NCBI GenBank assembly: GCA_951406725.2
Contig: OX597826.1
Span: 6,572,001 to 6,636,000, forward strand
Source of the DNA: Octopus vulgaris
Taxonomy: Eukaryota
Direction: 5' to 3'
DNA length: 64,000 nucleotides
Part shown: one piece after another, positions 40,886-55,077 of the stretch
Numbering within the stretch: the first letter of the stretch is position 1
How the letters are laid out: each line of letters opens with the position of its first letter
Program-made: the position numbers and the translations under genes
Notes under the pieces: model-generated
Database searches by the model: none
Told to the model about the DNA's origin: nothing
Seen by the model: only the letters and a program-made list of their open reading frames with translations

Positions 40886-41533
40886 TAATTATTAATTATG
40901 CACCTGAAGTGAAAACAATATATCAAAGATAAGGATTTTATGTTCGTCAGATAATTTCAATGCACATTGCAAGATAGAAGAGACAAACATTACGAAGCTG
41001 CTAGAAGATCATGCGAAGAGATACACAGTGAGGTAAATTATACACCTTGCCCAACCATCGAAGTTTCATAATATAACTGCTTTAACAAAGAAAGGCACAA
41101 AGACTTGTAACTACAAAGGCTAACACGGTCTTCAGAGATTGTGAGATTGTGGAATGGTCAAGAAAGTTAAGCAACGGTAGTCTAAAAAAAAAAGAACGCA
41201 GAACAGATTATGTCATTTCCAATCGCATGAATTAAAAGGTAAATCTTTCCTCAGATATTTCTTCAATTATACAGTATTTTTGCAGAATGTGTAGGAATAT
41301 AGCTAAAAGTAAAACAGACAATCGTCTTTCTCTCTCTCTCTCTTTCTCTATCTCTCACCCAGTCTGCCACTCTCTTTTTCTTCGTGTGCTTTTCTCTATG
41401 TCTCTCCCTTTACGTATAGATTAACATTTACATATACTCATACAAGATGCCTGTATATATATACACATATCAATATATTCACATAAATATGTATATGCAT
41501 ATATATATACATATGTATATATATATGTATATA

Positions 41534-41677
<144 letters not shown>

Positions 41678-41749
41678 CGTATAATAGACAGATATGTAGT
41701 CATAATAAAATATAATCCAATTATTTATGCACATTTATATTATGTTAGC

Positions 41750-41804
<55 letters not shown>

Positions 41805-42553
41805 TATTGTAATATGAAAATGAATAGATGGTTTGCGTTTATACACATATTTTTTTCTAATCTTCTGTAGCTTACAATCTCACTGATTATTGAAATAACA
41901 TGCCTTAAGCTGGAGAATTAGTGTAGTATAGAGAACAATGCTGAATTCGACATAAGCAACATTGGATGTCATTTCTATATCTAAATAATCAACAATATTT
42001 GACTTTTACCGTTCAGTACATGTTCGGCACGTGATCAAATATATTTATAAAATGAATAAATGGAAGTCAAGATATTTTTGAGTTAAAATATTGCAACGAA
42101 TCTAGCATTATTAATGTTTTGAAATATTTTCTCTTCCGAAAGCTATATGCACTATATTTTCAAAGCATTTTTAAAAAATATATATATAATGTATATTGTG
42201 CGTGAGTTATTTCATAGAGAGAGACTAGAATTTGTCGCAAACGATTTGAATAAATTTGTTTTGTTTGCGAATGTATACATTCTAAGCTGTTAAATGTTTA
42301 AATAACTAAAGATATTTAATTGTAATATCTCTATACCATTTATAGTAAATAATTCTAGTCTAAATATGGAGAGGAGATGATAAGCCATTCGAGATTAGAT
42401 TTTACAGCTTGGAAACCCTACTCTAGGAAATGCACTCTCAAAGACATGTAGGCACATATAACAAAAAATTACATAATTCTATATATTCCAAGTAGATTTT
42501 TGAATATATATATATGTGTGTGCATACATATGAAAATATGTATATACACACAC

Positions 42554-42638
<85 letters not shown>

Positions 42639-42659
42639 AGGCGAGAGAGAGAGAAGGTA

Positions 42660-43690
42660 TTAAAGTTCGCTGGAAGCATTGTGTATTGTTATTGAAATGT
42701 AACGTGTCTGGAATGGTACAACTATGCAGAGTGGACTATAATGACTTTTATAATTAATTTAATTATTCATATTCTAATGTAATATTTCGGAATATAAAAA
42801 TTCCTTCTTCAGATATTGCTAGAAAGTAAAGCAGTCACTTTTATAGTCGGTTTTCCAACGGTTACTGAAATCTGTTGGAAGCGTCTCTCTGCAGTGGTCT
42901 CGCGAAGTTCCGTCAGGAATTCCTCATGAGAAGTGTGTGAGGGCGAGCGTGTCTCGAGCTCGGGCGTGATGGCATATCTGTAGCGCATCTTCCAAGTTAT
43001 GTATTGTACGTGTACTTTTTATATAGTGTTTTGTTTTATATAGTGTTTTGCAGCGTGTCATTATTGTTAAGTCATACAGTGATTGTTAATTTCCAACCTG
43101 TTGTTAATTTGGGGCCCCTGTCTGTCTATGAGGAAAACTTCCTTGATTATTAAATTTCTAAAATTTCTGTCGTTGGCCTTTTTTGTGACTGTTATGTTTT
43201 TGCTGGTGTTCCGGCATCTGTCTAGATCTTTTCTGAAGGATGAATCTCGCGTGTTTAGTCTCGTTGTGTTTCTGACATAGATATTGTTGCATTTGTTACA
43301 TTGGATTCGATATAAAACATTTACCCGTTGGAATAAGCCTGTGTCACGGAAGAGACAGTTAGCTAGTGTGCATTGACCTCGGTCCCTTGCTCGTATCTTT
43401 GCTAGGTGTCGTTTCAGAGAGGGGCCGGAGTGGGCTAGTTGGCTGTCTAATCCTTCTCTTCTTGTAGCTCTTCGGATGGCTGTAGTATTTTAAGGATGCA
43501 TGTGTTGGTAGGTTAACTGTGTGGTTGGTGTTTGTCGTCTCAGGTACTTATGCCGATTCACAATGGATATAAGATATCCGTTGGTTTTCAATACCCTTGG
43601 AAAGCGTGTGGTATGGGTCACACTGTCCTCTGTCCCGCTACACTTGCTCTGGATGCGTGTAAGTTAATTTCTGGTGTATCCTATTTTGGA
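42660..43690 (-). mobile_element. Penelope-like element 3' part: thumb/linker, GIY-YIG endonuclease remnant, pLTR
   Basis: VLKTNGYL; CTLANC; NVLYRIQCNKCNNIYVRNTTRL; SSFRKDL; NLIIKEVFLIDRQGPQINNRLE. Confidence 0.85.
42776..42818 (-). ncRNA. minimal type-I hammerhead ribozyme at Penelope-like 3' end
   Basis: AATAT-CTGAAGA-a GGAAT ttttat ATTCC-GAAA-TA-TT/ACATT; intact core, one stem-I mismatch. Confidence 0.65.
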
Positions 43691-43699
43691 TACCTACAC

Positions 43700-44915
43700 A
43701 CCGAACAACAACCACAGCTATTGACCTATGCTACCACCGCTGCGTTGACCAAGAGAAAAAACGCCTCAAACTTCAATTCCTATGGCTTTGTACCAAATAC
43801 CGCCACAGCAACAACTCGGCCTATTACACCGATGTAGATGAACGGGACACTTCCACTGATCAAGATAACCCTAACATAGGGGACACCAACATACTACCAA
43901 GAACGAAACCTCTAGTCACAGATTTGAGTAAGTCAATCTTCCATGAAGAACTATTACTACTCAGACTGGGTCATAAATTTATCTTCTCCCAATAGCCGAA
44001 CGAGAAAATATTACTCGACCTGGAAGCCATCTTTTGCCGAGCATCCTACTGACTCAAATGGCTATCGGTAATAAAGAGCAACAACAACAACTCACTCGGG
44101 AAATTTCCCACATACCAGCTAGACCACCCACTCCATCGACCCCCAACCAACCGAGAACTCAACCACAAACTGTCCAGACTGTAACAGTCTACCTCCAACA
44201 TCTTACGGAACATTGACAAAACTAAAAAACAAAACCTTATCTATTTATCATTAGACAAAAGGAAAGAAATCTGCGTGATTCCTTGTGGAATGGCAGACTA
44301 TATTCTGAAGTAAGAGATACAACTGCGATCAGGATTGAAGACCAAATTAACACCGCCTGGACTGGTATTTGTAGACGGAGACAACTAGGTAACAAATACA
44401 AGACCAACGTCATCACAAAGAACAGAAGATTCTACCACCTCATTAAAACACACAAGGAAAGCGACATGATTCAGAGTAGACCCATCGTCTCCAGCGTGAA
44501 AGGACCTCTATACAAAATATACAGGCTCCTTTCCCACATTCTGAAACACGTTCTCTTCACCTTTCCTGGATACGTCAAGAACTCCAACGAAGTCATCAAC
44601 ACTGTGCCAACTTTCCGCAGACCAACTCAAATATGCATTTAGCCTTGCTGTTGTCTCAATGTACAGAGCAGTACCAGCTAACTCAGCGGTCTACATATAG
44701 ACTGACTGCATAGTAGCGTCCGACATGCATTGCTTCGGACACACCGCAGCTGATATACATCAACTATTGTCCATCATCTTGGACATCATCTACTTCTCTT
44801 TCCATGATCACACCTACAAGCCTCTAGCCTACTGGAACCTCGAGCGCTCAACATCTTCCACTCATGCGCCTTCTTCACCAGGTATGTAGATGACATCCTC
44901 ATATTTACATCCTCC
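43700..44915 (+). mobile_element. Penelope-like reverse transcriptase remnant (inverted relative to its 3' part)
   Basis: FYHLIKTHK..SRPIVSSVKGP; FSLAVVSMY; YFSFHDHTYK; FFTRYVDDILI. Confidence 0.88.
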
Positions 44916-44970
44916 CGTGTATGCATAAACAGTCTTTCTATATCTCTCTCACTCTGTATACATACATACA

Positions 44971-45083
<113 letters not shown>

Positions 45084-45149
45084 ATATATAGTGTGTATAT
45101 ACATATATATATATATATATAATGTATTGCCTGGGTACAACACTCAGCC

Positions 45150-45860
45150 GTTCTTGCTCCCTTGATGATGAAATATATTTCAGGCTGCAGAGGGCAACCG
45201 ATTTCTTGTGGTCTCTTTAGTCTCGTGTCTGGTTCCAGTATGTCATCACAAAGCAAGCAAAAATTGCTGTGTACCGTGCATGTGTACTGACATCGCTCCT
45301 TTACTTATGAGATACATGGGCCCTTTACAAATGTTATGTAAGTGTCCTTGAACGCTTTCATCAGAGATGTATCAGATACATTCTGAATATTGGCTGGACC
45401 TTAAAAACTGCAGAGACACATGTCCTGTGGACAGCTGATATCTTGAGTATTGAGCCGATGGTGTACAAGCACCAGTTGTGTTGGACTGCACACATTATGA
45501 GAATGAACGATAGGAGGATCCCTAATCAGATGCGATATGGGGAACTTGTAAATGGAAAGGGACCCTGGCAGAAACCAAGAGTGCGATTTAAGTACTATGT
45601 CAAGTCCGCATTAAAGGCCTGTGATATGCAGGAGATTGGCTGAGCTCGTATCCAGCATGAAGAACTTAAGCGTGCTGTTCGAAAGTACACTGCTGGTGCA
45701 GTGAATGGGAAAAACTTGGTCTGCAAGGTTTGAAGTCGCGTATGCTTGTCAAGTGCAGGGCCCATTAGCCACCAACGAAACCTCAAATGCAGAGTATAAG
45801 TTAGTTATAGGGCTCACAATGTTCCTGAAGGTCAGCAATGGTCTTCCTCGGTCACGGGTG
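45150..45860 (+). mobile_element. RTE-clade LINE 3' remnant
   Basis: KIAVYRACVLTSLLY..TW..LERFHQRCIRYILNI.W..QLCWTAHIMRMNDRRIPNQMRYGEL..KPRVRFK. Confidence 0.9.
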
Positions 45861-46264
45861 GATGGCCATATATTTAAATATATATATATATATATATGCT
45901 GTGTATGTGTATGTGAGAGAGAAAGAGACAGAGACAGTGTGTGTATATGCATACATGTACAGAAATTTATGCGTGTTCGCATGATGCCCAATATTAAGTG
46001 TAATCATGCGCAAACGCCACCAATTTCAGTACATGTAATTTCAGTGCGAGTATGAATTTCAGCAATCATTTTACACGCAATTTTGATGAGTCTAATTGAA
46101 CATACGTTATTGGAGAAAAACTGAGCCATGGTAGTAGCATGCATTATTATATAATATGGCAAGATCTATTGGTTTGGACAAAGCGAATGAATTCTATACT
46201 GAAGACGAAACATGCTTTCTCCATTTTTCTGCTTTTGTCATAATGTATAAATGTATATGGTTTT

Positions 46265-46650
46265 ACGTTTTTACTCTTTTACTTGGTTCAATCATATGAC
46301 GTCGACGATACTGGTGCACCGCCTTAAAGGGTTCTAATCCAATAAATTGAAGCCAGGACATACTTTTGAAGCGTAGTACTTATACAATCGGTGTCTGTTG
46401 CGGAACAGCTAAGATACGAGAACGTAAATACACCAACACCGGCTGTCAACTGGTGGTGCGGAGGATATACACAAAGGCACAAACACTCATACATACGCGC
46501 TTGTGAACAAACACACATAGGATGTGCGTTTTTCAGTTTCTGTCTAACAAGACCAATCACAATTCCGAGGCATTTAGTAAAGGTATCATGTAGTGAGACT
46601 GAGCCCCGATCCATGCAGCTGGATGAGAATCTTTTTAATATGCAGCCATA
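46265..46650 (-). mobile_element. degenerate CORE-type SINE
   Basis: TTACTCTTTTACTTGGTTCAATC..GCACCGCCTT..ACACCAACACCGGCTGTCAA..GAGACTGAGCCC. Confidence 0.75.
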
Positions 46651-46681
46651 TAAATCCATTATAAATTCGGGGAAATATGGC

Positions 46682-47230
<549 letters not shown>

Positions 47231-48814
47231 GATCATATTCTTAGTTTTATGTATAAAAATATACGTATTGTAACAACTCAGTTGCTTCTACTATGGCTTT
47301 TGTGGACCATGTTTAACAACGAAATATGAAAAAATGTTTATATTAAACTCCGCCGTTGAATACGTAGTAATGTCTAGTTTCTTTTATTCATATATTTGTT
47401 TGACAATTCTTTTATCCATTTCACAATAGGCGTTAAACGTCTCTAAAGAATACAACCTTAAATTCCTCAGTTAATTTCGAAAATATTTTATACTTTCTTT
47501 TATGTTTTTCTAAGATTTCTATATCCTTTATTTACTTAATATTATTTACTAGACCTGATTTATTTCGAATTACATAATTTTTAATAAAACCAATTTTTGC
47601 CCATCTTAAATGTTCGCGACACACCTTTCCGTTGAAACGAGCCATTTAGTAGATGACGGTGACGTTGATGATGATGATGATGGTGGTGGATGATAATGGA
47701 GTGGATGATGATGTTAATGTTTATACTTGAGTTTTATGTGTTAACTCTTGATAATATGTTAACCGATAATTCATTTAATTTATAACTTACTATTGTTCCC
47801 CATCCAATACGTCGATTTTTTTTACTTGGTTATGATTGATGAGATGGCACAATGACGACAACACTGGCGACGATCGTGTTGATGATGATAAGTATATTGT
47901 CGATGCTGATGACAAAAAAGACGACGATGAACTTAATGATGGTGATGATGAAGGACGTGACAATGATTTTGACGATAATAACAATAATAGTTAAATTCTG
48001 GTCTATTCAATCTGTCATTTATTAATTCATATTTTTTTCTATATCTACTTCCAGTTATAAACTCATTTACCGCCATTTACCCTTACATAAGCGTTACATT
48101 TTTTTCTACTATAAACCTTTTAGACATTAACCCATTTTCATTAAATTTCAAATTTATAGCTATTCTAAATCAATCAATCTAACTATTCGATTATTTCCAC
48201 CTGGGTGATAAAGATAATGTTTATAAAAATAATATCACTAAATCGAAAAAAATAACTGCTCGTTATTTCATTCATTTATTTATTTCTTTTTCTTCATCCA
48301 GTTATTTTCCTCATATATTTATTGCATTTAAATTCTTCTCCTCTCCTTGTTCGATTCTCACATCCTCTTTTGTCTTTAAAGGAATTGTTACAATTCAATG
48401 TTCATGACAGGACTCCCAATTTAGTCAAAGACTATACATCTACCTCCTCTCCTAGCTTACCTTTTCTTAATCCCCCCCTCTCTCTCTTTCAACAGAGATG
48501 CCACTCAGGACCGCTCCTTCCCAAGTAATAATTTTGTCATTTCTAACTCAAACAGTAAAGTTTGAATTATTCCAAAGAAACCAAGACAGGTCACTCCTAG
48601 AATTGGCCACCAATTTGATTACACACATACCCACACACGCACAAGCGCGCACACACACTCACACACATACACACATACGTATATACATGCACATTCAATT
48701 ACACAGACATATATTATTATATTGGTCACCCTCAGAATCAAGTAACATTGTGATCGCACATATACCCAGGTATATATATATGTATATATATATATTATTT
48801 TATACTTTTATTCT

Positions 48815-48985
48815 CTTATTTGTTTTAGTCATTTGACTGCGGCCATGCCGGAGCACCGCCTTTAGCCGAACTAATTGACCCTAGCAATTATTTCTTTATC
48901 CTTCTACTTATTCTATCTGTTCTTTTGTCGTACTGCTAGATGACAGGGACGTAAACACAGCAATACAAGTTGTCAAACGACACAA
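48815..48985 (-). mobile_element. CORE-type SINE 3' half
   Basis: AGTCATTTGACTGCGGCCATGCCGGAGCACCGCCTTTAG. Confidence 0.8.
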
Positions 48986-49045
48986 AGACACACACACACG
49001 CACAAACACACACAGACACAAACACACACACACACAAACACACAT

Positions 49046-49092
<47 letters not shown>

Positions 49093-49093
<1 letters not shown>

Positions 49094-49500
49094 AGGGTGC
49101 GATGAATAAATTGTCTTAATTACGCAAAAATCAAAATAGCACTGACATCTCATTTTAACAGATATATTTACCAAAATTTTATGAAACTATCTTGAAATAC
49201 TACATAGTAAATTTCTTCAATACAATCTTCATTGGCTTCAACTACAGCGCGCAGACGCCTTCGGAATCGCCTGCAACTCTTCTGGACCGTCTAGTAGTTT
49301 AAGTTGGTTAATGCTGCTATAATGCTTGCCTTTGGTGTTACGAGGAGTTTTATTGGTCTCTCGCTCAACTGCGCCCCACACATAATAATCAAGGAGGTTG
49401 CGGTCTGGGAAGTTAGGTGATCAGATGTTACGGGTGATGTGATCGCAGAAATTGTCTGACCGTCATAACTAGGTTCTTCTGCTTCTGTGACATGGCGAAT
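49093..49500 (-). mobile_element. Tc1/mariner maT (DD37D-like) transposase C-terminal remnant with TIR
   Basis: SDNFCDHITRNI*SPNFPDRNLLDYYVWGAVERETNKTP; terminus CAGGGTGCGATG. Confidence 0.8.
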
Positions 49501-50345
49501 ATGTACCCCGTATTATCAAAGTACTATGTGTTATTGTATTGTTTATTTTAACAGCTTCCTACTTTCAAGCTAAGTATTTATTAAAGAATTCACATAATTT
49601 CGAGGCATTAAAATTCGCTATCAATTCTTGCAACTGACTAAAATTTTATAATATATTGCGTAGTCTTTCGTAGTATTGTCTGAAGAATTTTAATAAAGAG
49701 AAAAATTATATGTTATTAATTTCGTTTCAATCTCCAATTTGATTTGTTTATTTTGAACAAATTCTATTTGAATAGTGGTACGGTTCTCCTGTCTAGTGTT
49801 CTGTATTTGGAACCGAAATCCAGTATCTTGTATAACTGATCGTCTCCTTACTTCTTGTTGAGCTTGTTACATAGTCCCATTGCACTGATTTCGCTGAAAT
49901 ATACCGCTTCACGATATCTAGAATCACTCAGCCATGTCGAAATACAGTACGGCCGTAATACCAGTATCCCCTTTGTATTTTGAAATTATATTATCTATTT
50001 TATTTTAACTCTATATTCGAACGTATCTTAAATTTATATCTTACCTGGTCGACTAAATTCATATTTTACATGTCAAGACGAATATGCAAGCTGTATTACT
50101 AAAGAACTCTGTATTATAGCGTGTTGTATAGATAGTGTACGTAGGATACGCATCATCGATGTCATCCACTTTTTGTTCCAAGGAGGTAGCATGCGAATTA
50201 TGTGAAATTTGGCAATTATTTCTGACAACGTGATATGATTAATACATTATGACATAGCTGTTGTTTCCAGCAGTAGGCATTGTGGGATGTAAGTTGTTAT
50301 CTACCTCTTGTTTTTTTCTGTTTGAGAATCATTCCATCGGTGTGT

Positions 50346-50766
50346 ACTCTATACTCTTTTACTCATTCACTTGTTTCAGTAATTTGATTGTGGCTATGCT
50401 GGAGCACCGCCTTTAGTCGATCAAATCGACCCCAGGACTTATTCTTTGTAAGCCTAGTACTTATTATGACGCTAGCTTTTGCCGAACCGCTAAGATACGG
50501 GGAGGTATACACACCAGCATCGGTTGTCAAGCGATGCTAGGGGGGACAAACACAGACACCCAAAGCACACAAACATATATACACACATACATATATAAGC
50601 ATATATACGACGGGCTTCTTTCAGTTTCCGTCTATCAAATCCACTCACAAGGCTTTGGCCGGCCCGAGGCTATAGTAGAAAATATTTGCCTAAGGTGTCA
50701 CGCAGTAGGACTGAACCCAGAACCATGTGGTCGGTACGCAAGCTACTTACCATACAGTCACTCCTG
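50346..50766 (-). mobile_element. near full-length CORE-type SINE
   Basis: Collinear reverse complement of 13385-13800. Confidence 0.9.
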
Positions 50767-51409
50767 TTTAATGTGTATAAATTTCATTTTGAATCTTTGT
50801 CTGTTCCTTGTCATATTAGATTTATACGTTTGCACCATCGTATTATCCATTTATTTCCGTGTATGTTTCAGATTCCGGTAACATAAAATTTCACTTTTTG
50901 ACTGGCATGGATATTCGTGTAAGAAATGTGCGCTAAGATTGTTACATCAGATTAAATATCATTAAATGTACTATTAGATACACTTATGCTGTTTTCAACA
51001 TCGTCCATATTGGATTTCAATGTGTTATGTCTTATAATTGTGTTGTTCTTAATTGCATTAACAACATATGTCAAGATTTAGGTATTATTTCGTTTTAATT
51101 TTTTTTTTAAGTGTCATAAATTGTTTAGTTGTTTTTGTTATTATATTAAATCAGATTTAAGTTTCACTAAGTTTATATAATGTACTCGTTTATTAAATTA
51201 AATTCCTCATCTTTTTTATAATAACGAAACCGAACATACGATTATGTAATCAAGTAGAAAATATCGCTTTGTGTATTTGGCTACAAATTTGAACATAAAT
51301 AATTTTCTAACAGTATTAATATTAGTATTGTATCCGCAAATAATTTAATAATTCTTTTATATTTTCACGTGTTAAAGGATTAAATATACTCTTTTATATC
51401 ATAATTGCA

Positions 51410-51565
51410 TTTTGAGTTACTAAAGTGCGGCCATACTGGAGCACCATTTTATATAGTTAGTTCAACCAATCGGCACTTGTACTTATTCTAATAGTTTGTA
51501 TTTTCGGACCGTTAAGTTACGGAGGCGCAATCAGCCGACACCGGCTGTCAAATAGGGGCGGGAAT
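51410..51565 (-). mobile_element. CORE-type SINE 3' fragment
   Basis: TGCGGCCATACTGGAGCACC..TAAGTTACGG..ACACCGGCTGTCAA. Confidence 0.65.
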
Positions 51566-51604
51566 AAAAAATATACCCAAAAACATACACAAAAACCGAC
51601 ACAC

Positions 51605-52173
51605 GTTTATGAAATATACCTCCTTACACCTCTGTTTACCACTGTTGGTTCTAACAATTCCTGATATATTTTGATGGGTGCCTTTTTCTCTCACTAGGCC
51701 ACCGATTATTCTCATCTCCTTTCCTTCTCAGACATCATACCCGAAAAACTGATAAGCTCTCTGTGGTATACTTAGTGTAATACCTTGGTATAATCTACGA
51801 TGTATGTAAATATATGTTTTTGTATTTGCCTTGGCATTTATACAAGAATGCTGAGGCAGACTATAGTATCTCTTGTTCCTTTTTTCGTCTTAAATCCAAA
51901 TTATTTCTGATAGACTTTTACATTTATTTTAACTTTTTAACATTTTTTTTAACATTGCTTTTAACTCTTCCTAGTACGATTGGGAGGAATATATTTTAAG
52001 AGCACACGACATGGAACTAATAGTCCTGAGGCCCAACGATCGTTTCCACAGGATGATACACAATTGTTTAGAAATCTTCACAAAGAACTGTTCAAAGTCA
52101 CAGATGTCATTGAAAATGTATGTATGTTTGTGAATTTCATATATCTTCTAGCCCTTAATATGTTCCATATTAT

Positions 52174-52215
<42 letters not shown>

Positions 52216-52440
52216 TGGAGCTTTAATTTCTCATATTCTTGATGGCCAGTTTACCCCCGACTTTAAACGTTTTACTCCATTAAGGCTTGATGTGGCGCTG
52301 TCGGAAATTCTACTTCAAACAGGTTTCCGATATACACTGCTTATTGTTTTTTGTTTTTCTAAAGCTTTTCATATGTCTGTTATACTGAGACCAAAAGGCA
52401 GCCATCCGAATAGACCAGGAATTGTCAGAACCAGCTGAGA
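51605..52440 (-). mobile_element. RTE-clade RT N-terminal half (inverted segment)
   Basis: TISSMSCALKI, YIVDYTKV, VNRGVRR correspond to TISLMSH.LKI, FIDY.KAFD, RGVRQG. Confidence 0.65.
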
Positions 52441-52452
52441 TTAATAAAAAAG

Positions 52453-53250
52453 AGCTGTATCGCTATAACTATTCAATATCTATAATGAGTATATGTTCAG
52501 AGAATCAAATGAGTTATGACTCACAGTCGACGGCATGAAAATAAAAATAATAAAAAGATATAATGATGATGTAATGTGCGAAAACATGAACGATTTCTCA
52601 TAATAAGAAATCGTTCATGTTGGAAATGAGTAAATTGACAGGGAACCCCTAAATATGAATATAAAAGAAAGACAATCACAATGATTATAGAGAAAAGGAA
52701 GCAAATATGAAGTTAGATTCACCGACACAAAAAAAAAGACTTGAGCAAGCAAATATCCTTCAACTATTTAGGAGAAAAAAAATGAGTCAGAATGATTGAT
52801 TTCAAGATATTACTCATATAATATATGTATCAAAAAGAACATTCATAAGAATGAAAATGAGCTTCACCTAAAAAGTATAATACTTTATGTAAAATTGACC
52901 CGGATAACCATATTTGTCCAATTGTTCTCTACGGGGTAGAAAATTAGGCAATGTAGGTACGTATGGAAGGAAATATAGAAAGGTTTGAGATATCTAGTAT
53001 TTACACACCGGGCAGGGTAAGCTGGAGTGACAGCGTAAGAAATTCTGTGGTACTACACAACCAGAAAACACAAAGATATGCATTGGCGAGGTTCAAGTAC
53101 AGAAAGCTACCGTATTTTCGGCACACAATGCGAGAAAAGTCACTGTCCGAGGCCATGTCGGCAGAAATTCTTAAGGGGAAGAAAGTGAGAGGCCGGGAAA
53201 AAACGTTTGTAGACTAACAGTATTAAAATATGAACTGAAGAAGAAGAGAT
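52453..53250 (+). mobile_element. RTE-clade RT C-terminal half and 3' end with (GAA)n tail
   Basis: LFNIYNEYMFRE, DGMKIK, SFNYLG, ICPIVLYGVE, RVSWSDSVRN, RKLPYFRHTMRE, KGKKVRGR. Confidence 0.75.
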
Positions 53251-53279
53251 ACTAGTGTCTTAGTAAGATTAATTTTACT

Positions 53280-53620
53280 TTTTCTTCTGCTGATCTCCCT
53301 TCTTCAAAGGAACAAATGATGAAACTGGCCAATTGCTATGCTAGCACTTGTAATTCTAGCATCCGGTTTTGCTTTCTGATTCCCATCACATGTGAACACA
53401 GCTCAGAGATACTTAGACATCTCCACGTATGTTTAATGTTCCACTAAGAAGTAAACTATACTAGGAAGACTTTACTGAAAAGACCAGTGCTTCTGACATC
53501 CCAGCTTTAATTTTCATACCTGTCGTGCATCATATGGCCACGAAGCTATTCTGTATGCGCCCTGATAAGCCAACTAACATCGAGTCGTCTAAAGATATCA
53601 CCTGACTACCCTACCCCCAT
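53280..53620 (-). mobile_element. second RTE-clade RT/thumb fragment
   Basis: SLDDSML..MKI..VEMSKYL*AVFTCDG..DARITSAS..RREIS. Confidence 0.6.
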
Positions 53621-54952
53621 CTCAATTTAACAAAATTTGCGCATATTAATCCATTTCATAAAAGCTGTTAAACAGGAGATGTGGTAATACGCAACAGTAT
53701 CAAAGTTAAATGCCCTCGTTAAAAAGTTTTTTTGTTAGTAGCAATTGTTCAAGTAGAAACATCTGGGTATACTGATCTATATTGACATGAACTACAATTT
53801 GCCTTTTAATATCAAACTCTTGCAAAATCCTCCACAGTGTGTCAACAGTACGAGGCCAAATGCCCCTTCATTGTCTACCATTCAGCTTACAACTTCGTTT
53901 CATTTATGTTGTTGTAGCTGTTTAATCACAAATTCAATTCTGTTTGAAGCAAACTTTATTCAAATTTTATTTGCAATACTTTTGATCAGACGTTTCCAAG
54001 GATTTAACATTCTGAGATGATTTTTCGGAAACGGTTTATCCAGAGTAACAAAATATCTGCTGTTATTCTATCGTTCAAAAACATTGTAAACTGAGTGAGA
54101 TATAACAGTTACTTCTAGCAAAACAAGCAAGGACGTAAAGGCTAACGCATTCGTTGTATCTTTAGGATGTGACGTTTATTGCTCGTGTATGAATAAGAAA
54201 AGATACCCATATATATTTAATTAAACCATGTAAGGCTCAAGTATAAATACATGCTGGTTTGGAATATTGGTAAAGGAGGTGTATGATTCTGTTGATCATG
54301 TATATATGAATGCATATACACACTTTTATGTATATCTGTGAGTGCGTTTGTACTTCTGCTTAAGTTTGTTGCTTACGTCTGTATACGTATATATATATAT
54401 ATATATATACGCATATATATGTATGAATGTAAGCATATGCTTGTATTTATGTGTTTGTTCTGTTTATTGTCAATTAAATTGGCTTACAGGTTGCTATTGC
54501 TCTGTAAGAAAACATTGATGTCAGCAACAGCAATAAGGAAGCTACTTTCCAATACAAATTATACATGTATACTTACGGGTGAGCGTCTATGAATATGTGC
54601 TCGTGATTTTGTCTGTGTATTTATATGTACGATGTGCATTTATGTAAGTATGGTAAGAATATATGCATACATAACGATATGTAGAGAGAGATGCCTGGGC
54701 GGTATCTGTCTCTGTGGCCATGTGCGTGCGTATGTGCATGCGTGTGTGTGCGGGCGCATGTGTTAAATTCCGGCTTATATGAAAACATCATCATATATTT
54801 ATAGAAACATGTGTGAGCGTAGGAATTTTCAAAGAATTTATCTATACAGGATAGATGGGGTAGATATGTTTCCCTTTCAGAAGCACTGCCTTGGGATGAA
54901 CACAAGAGTTCACTTATGTGTGTGTCTGTATACATACATATACATATACATA

Positions 54953-55003
<51 letters not shown>

Positions 55004-55044
55004 ATGTGTGTGTGTGTCTGTGTGTATTATATATATTTATATAC

Positions 55045-55077
<33 letters not shown>

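Noticed and set aside
46193-46222. CTGAAGA C GAAA CATG
   Set aside because: No stem II, no stem I and no UH site.
49560-49980. Minus-strand FGSKYR, possible Penelope N-terminal fragment
   Set aside because: Only one weak motif.
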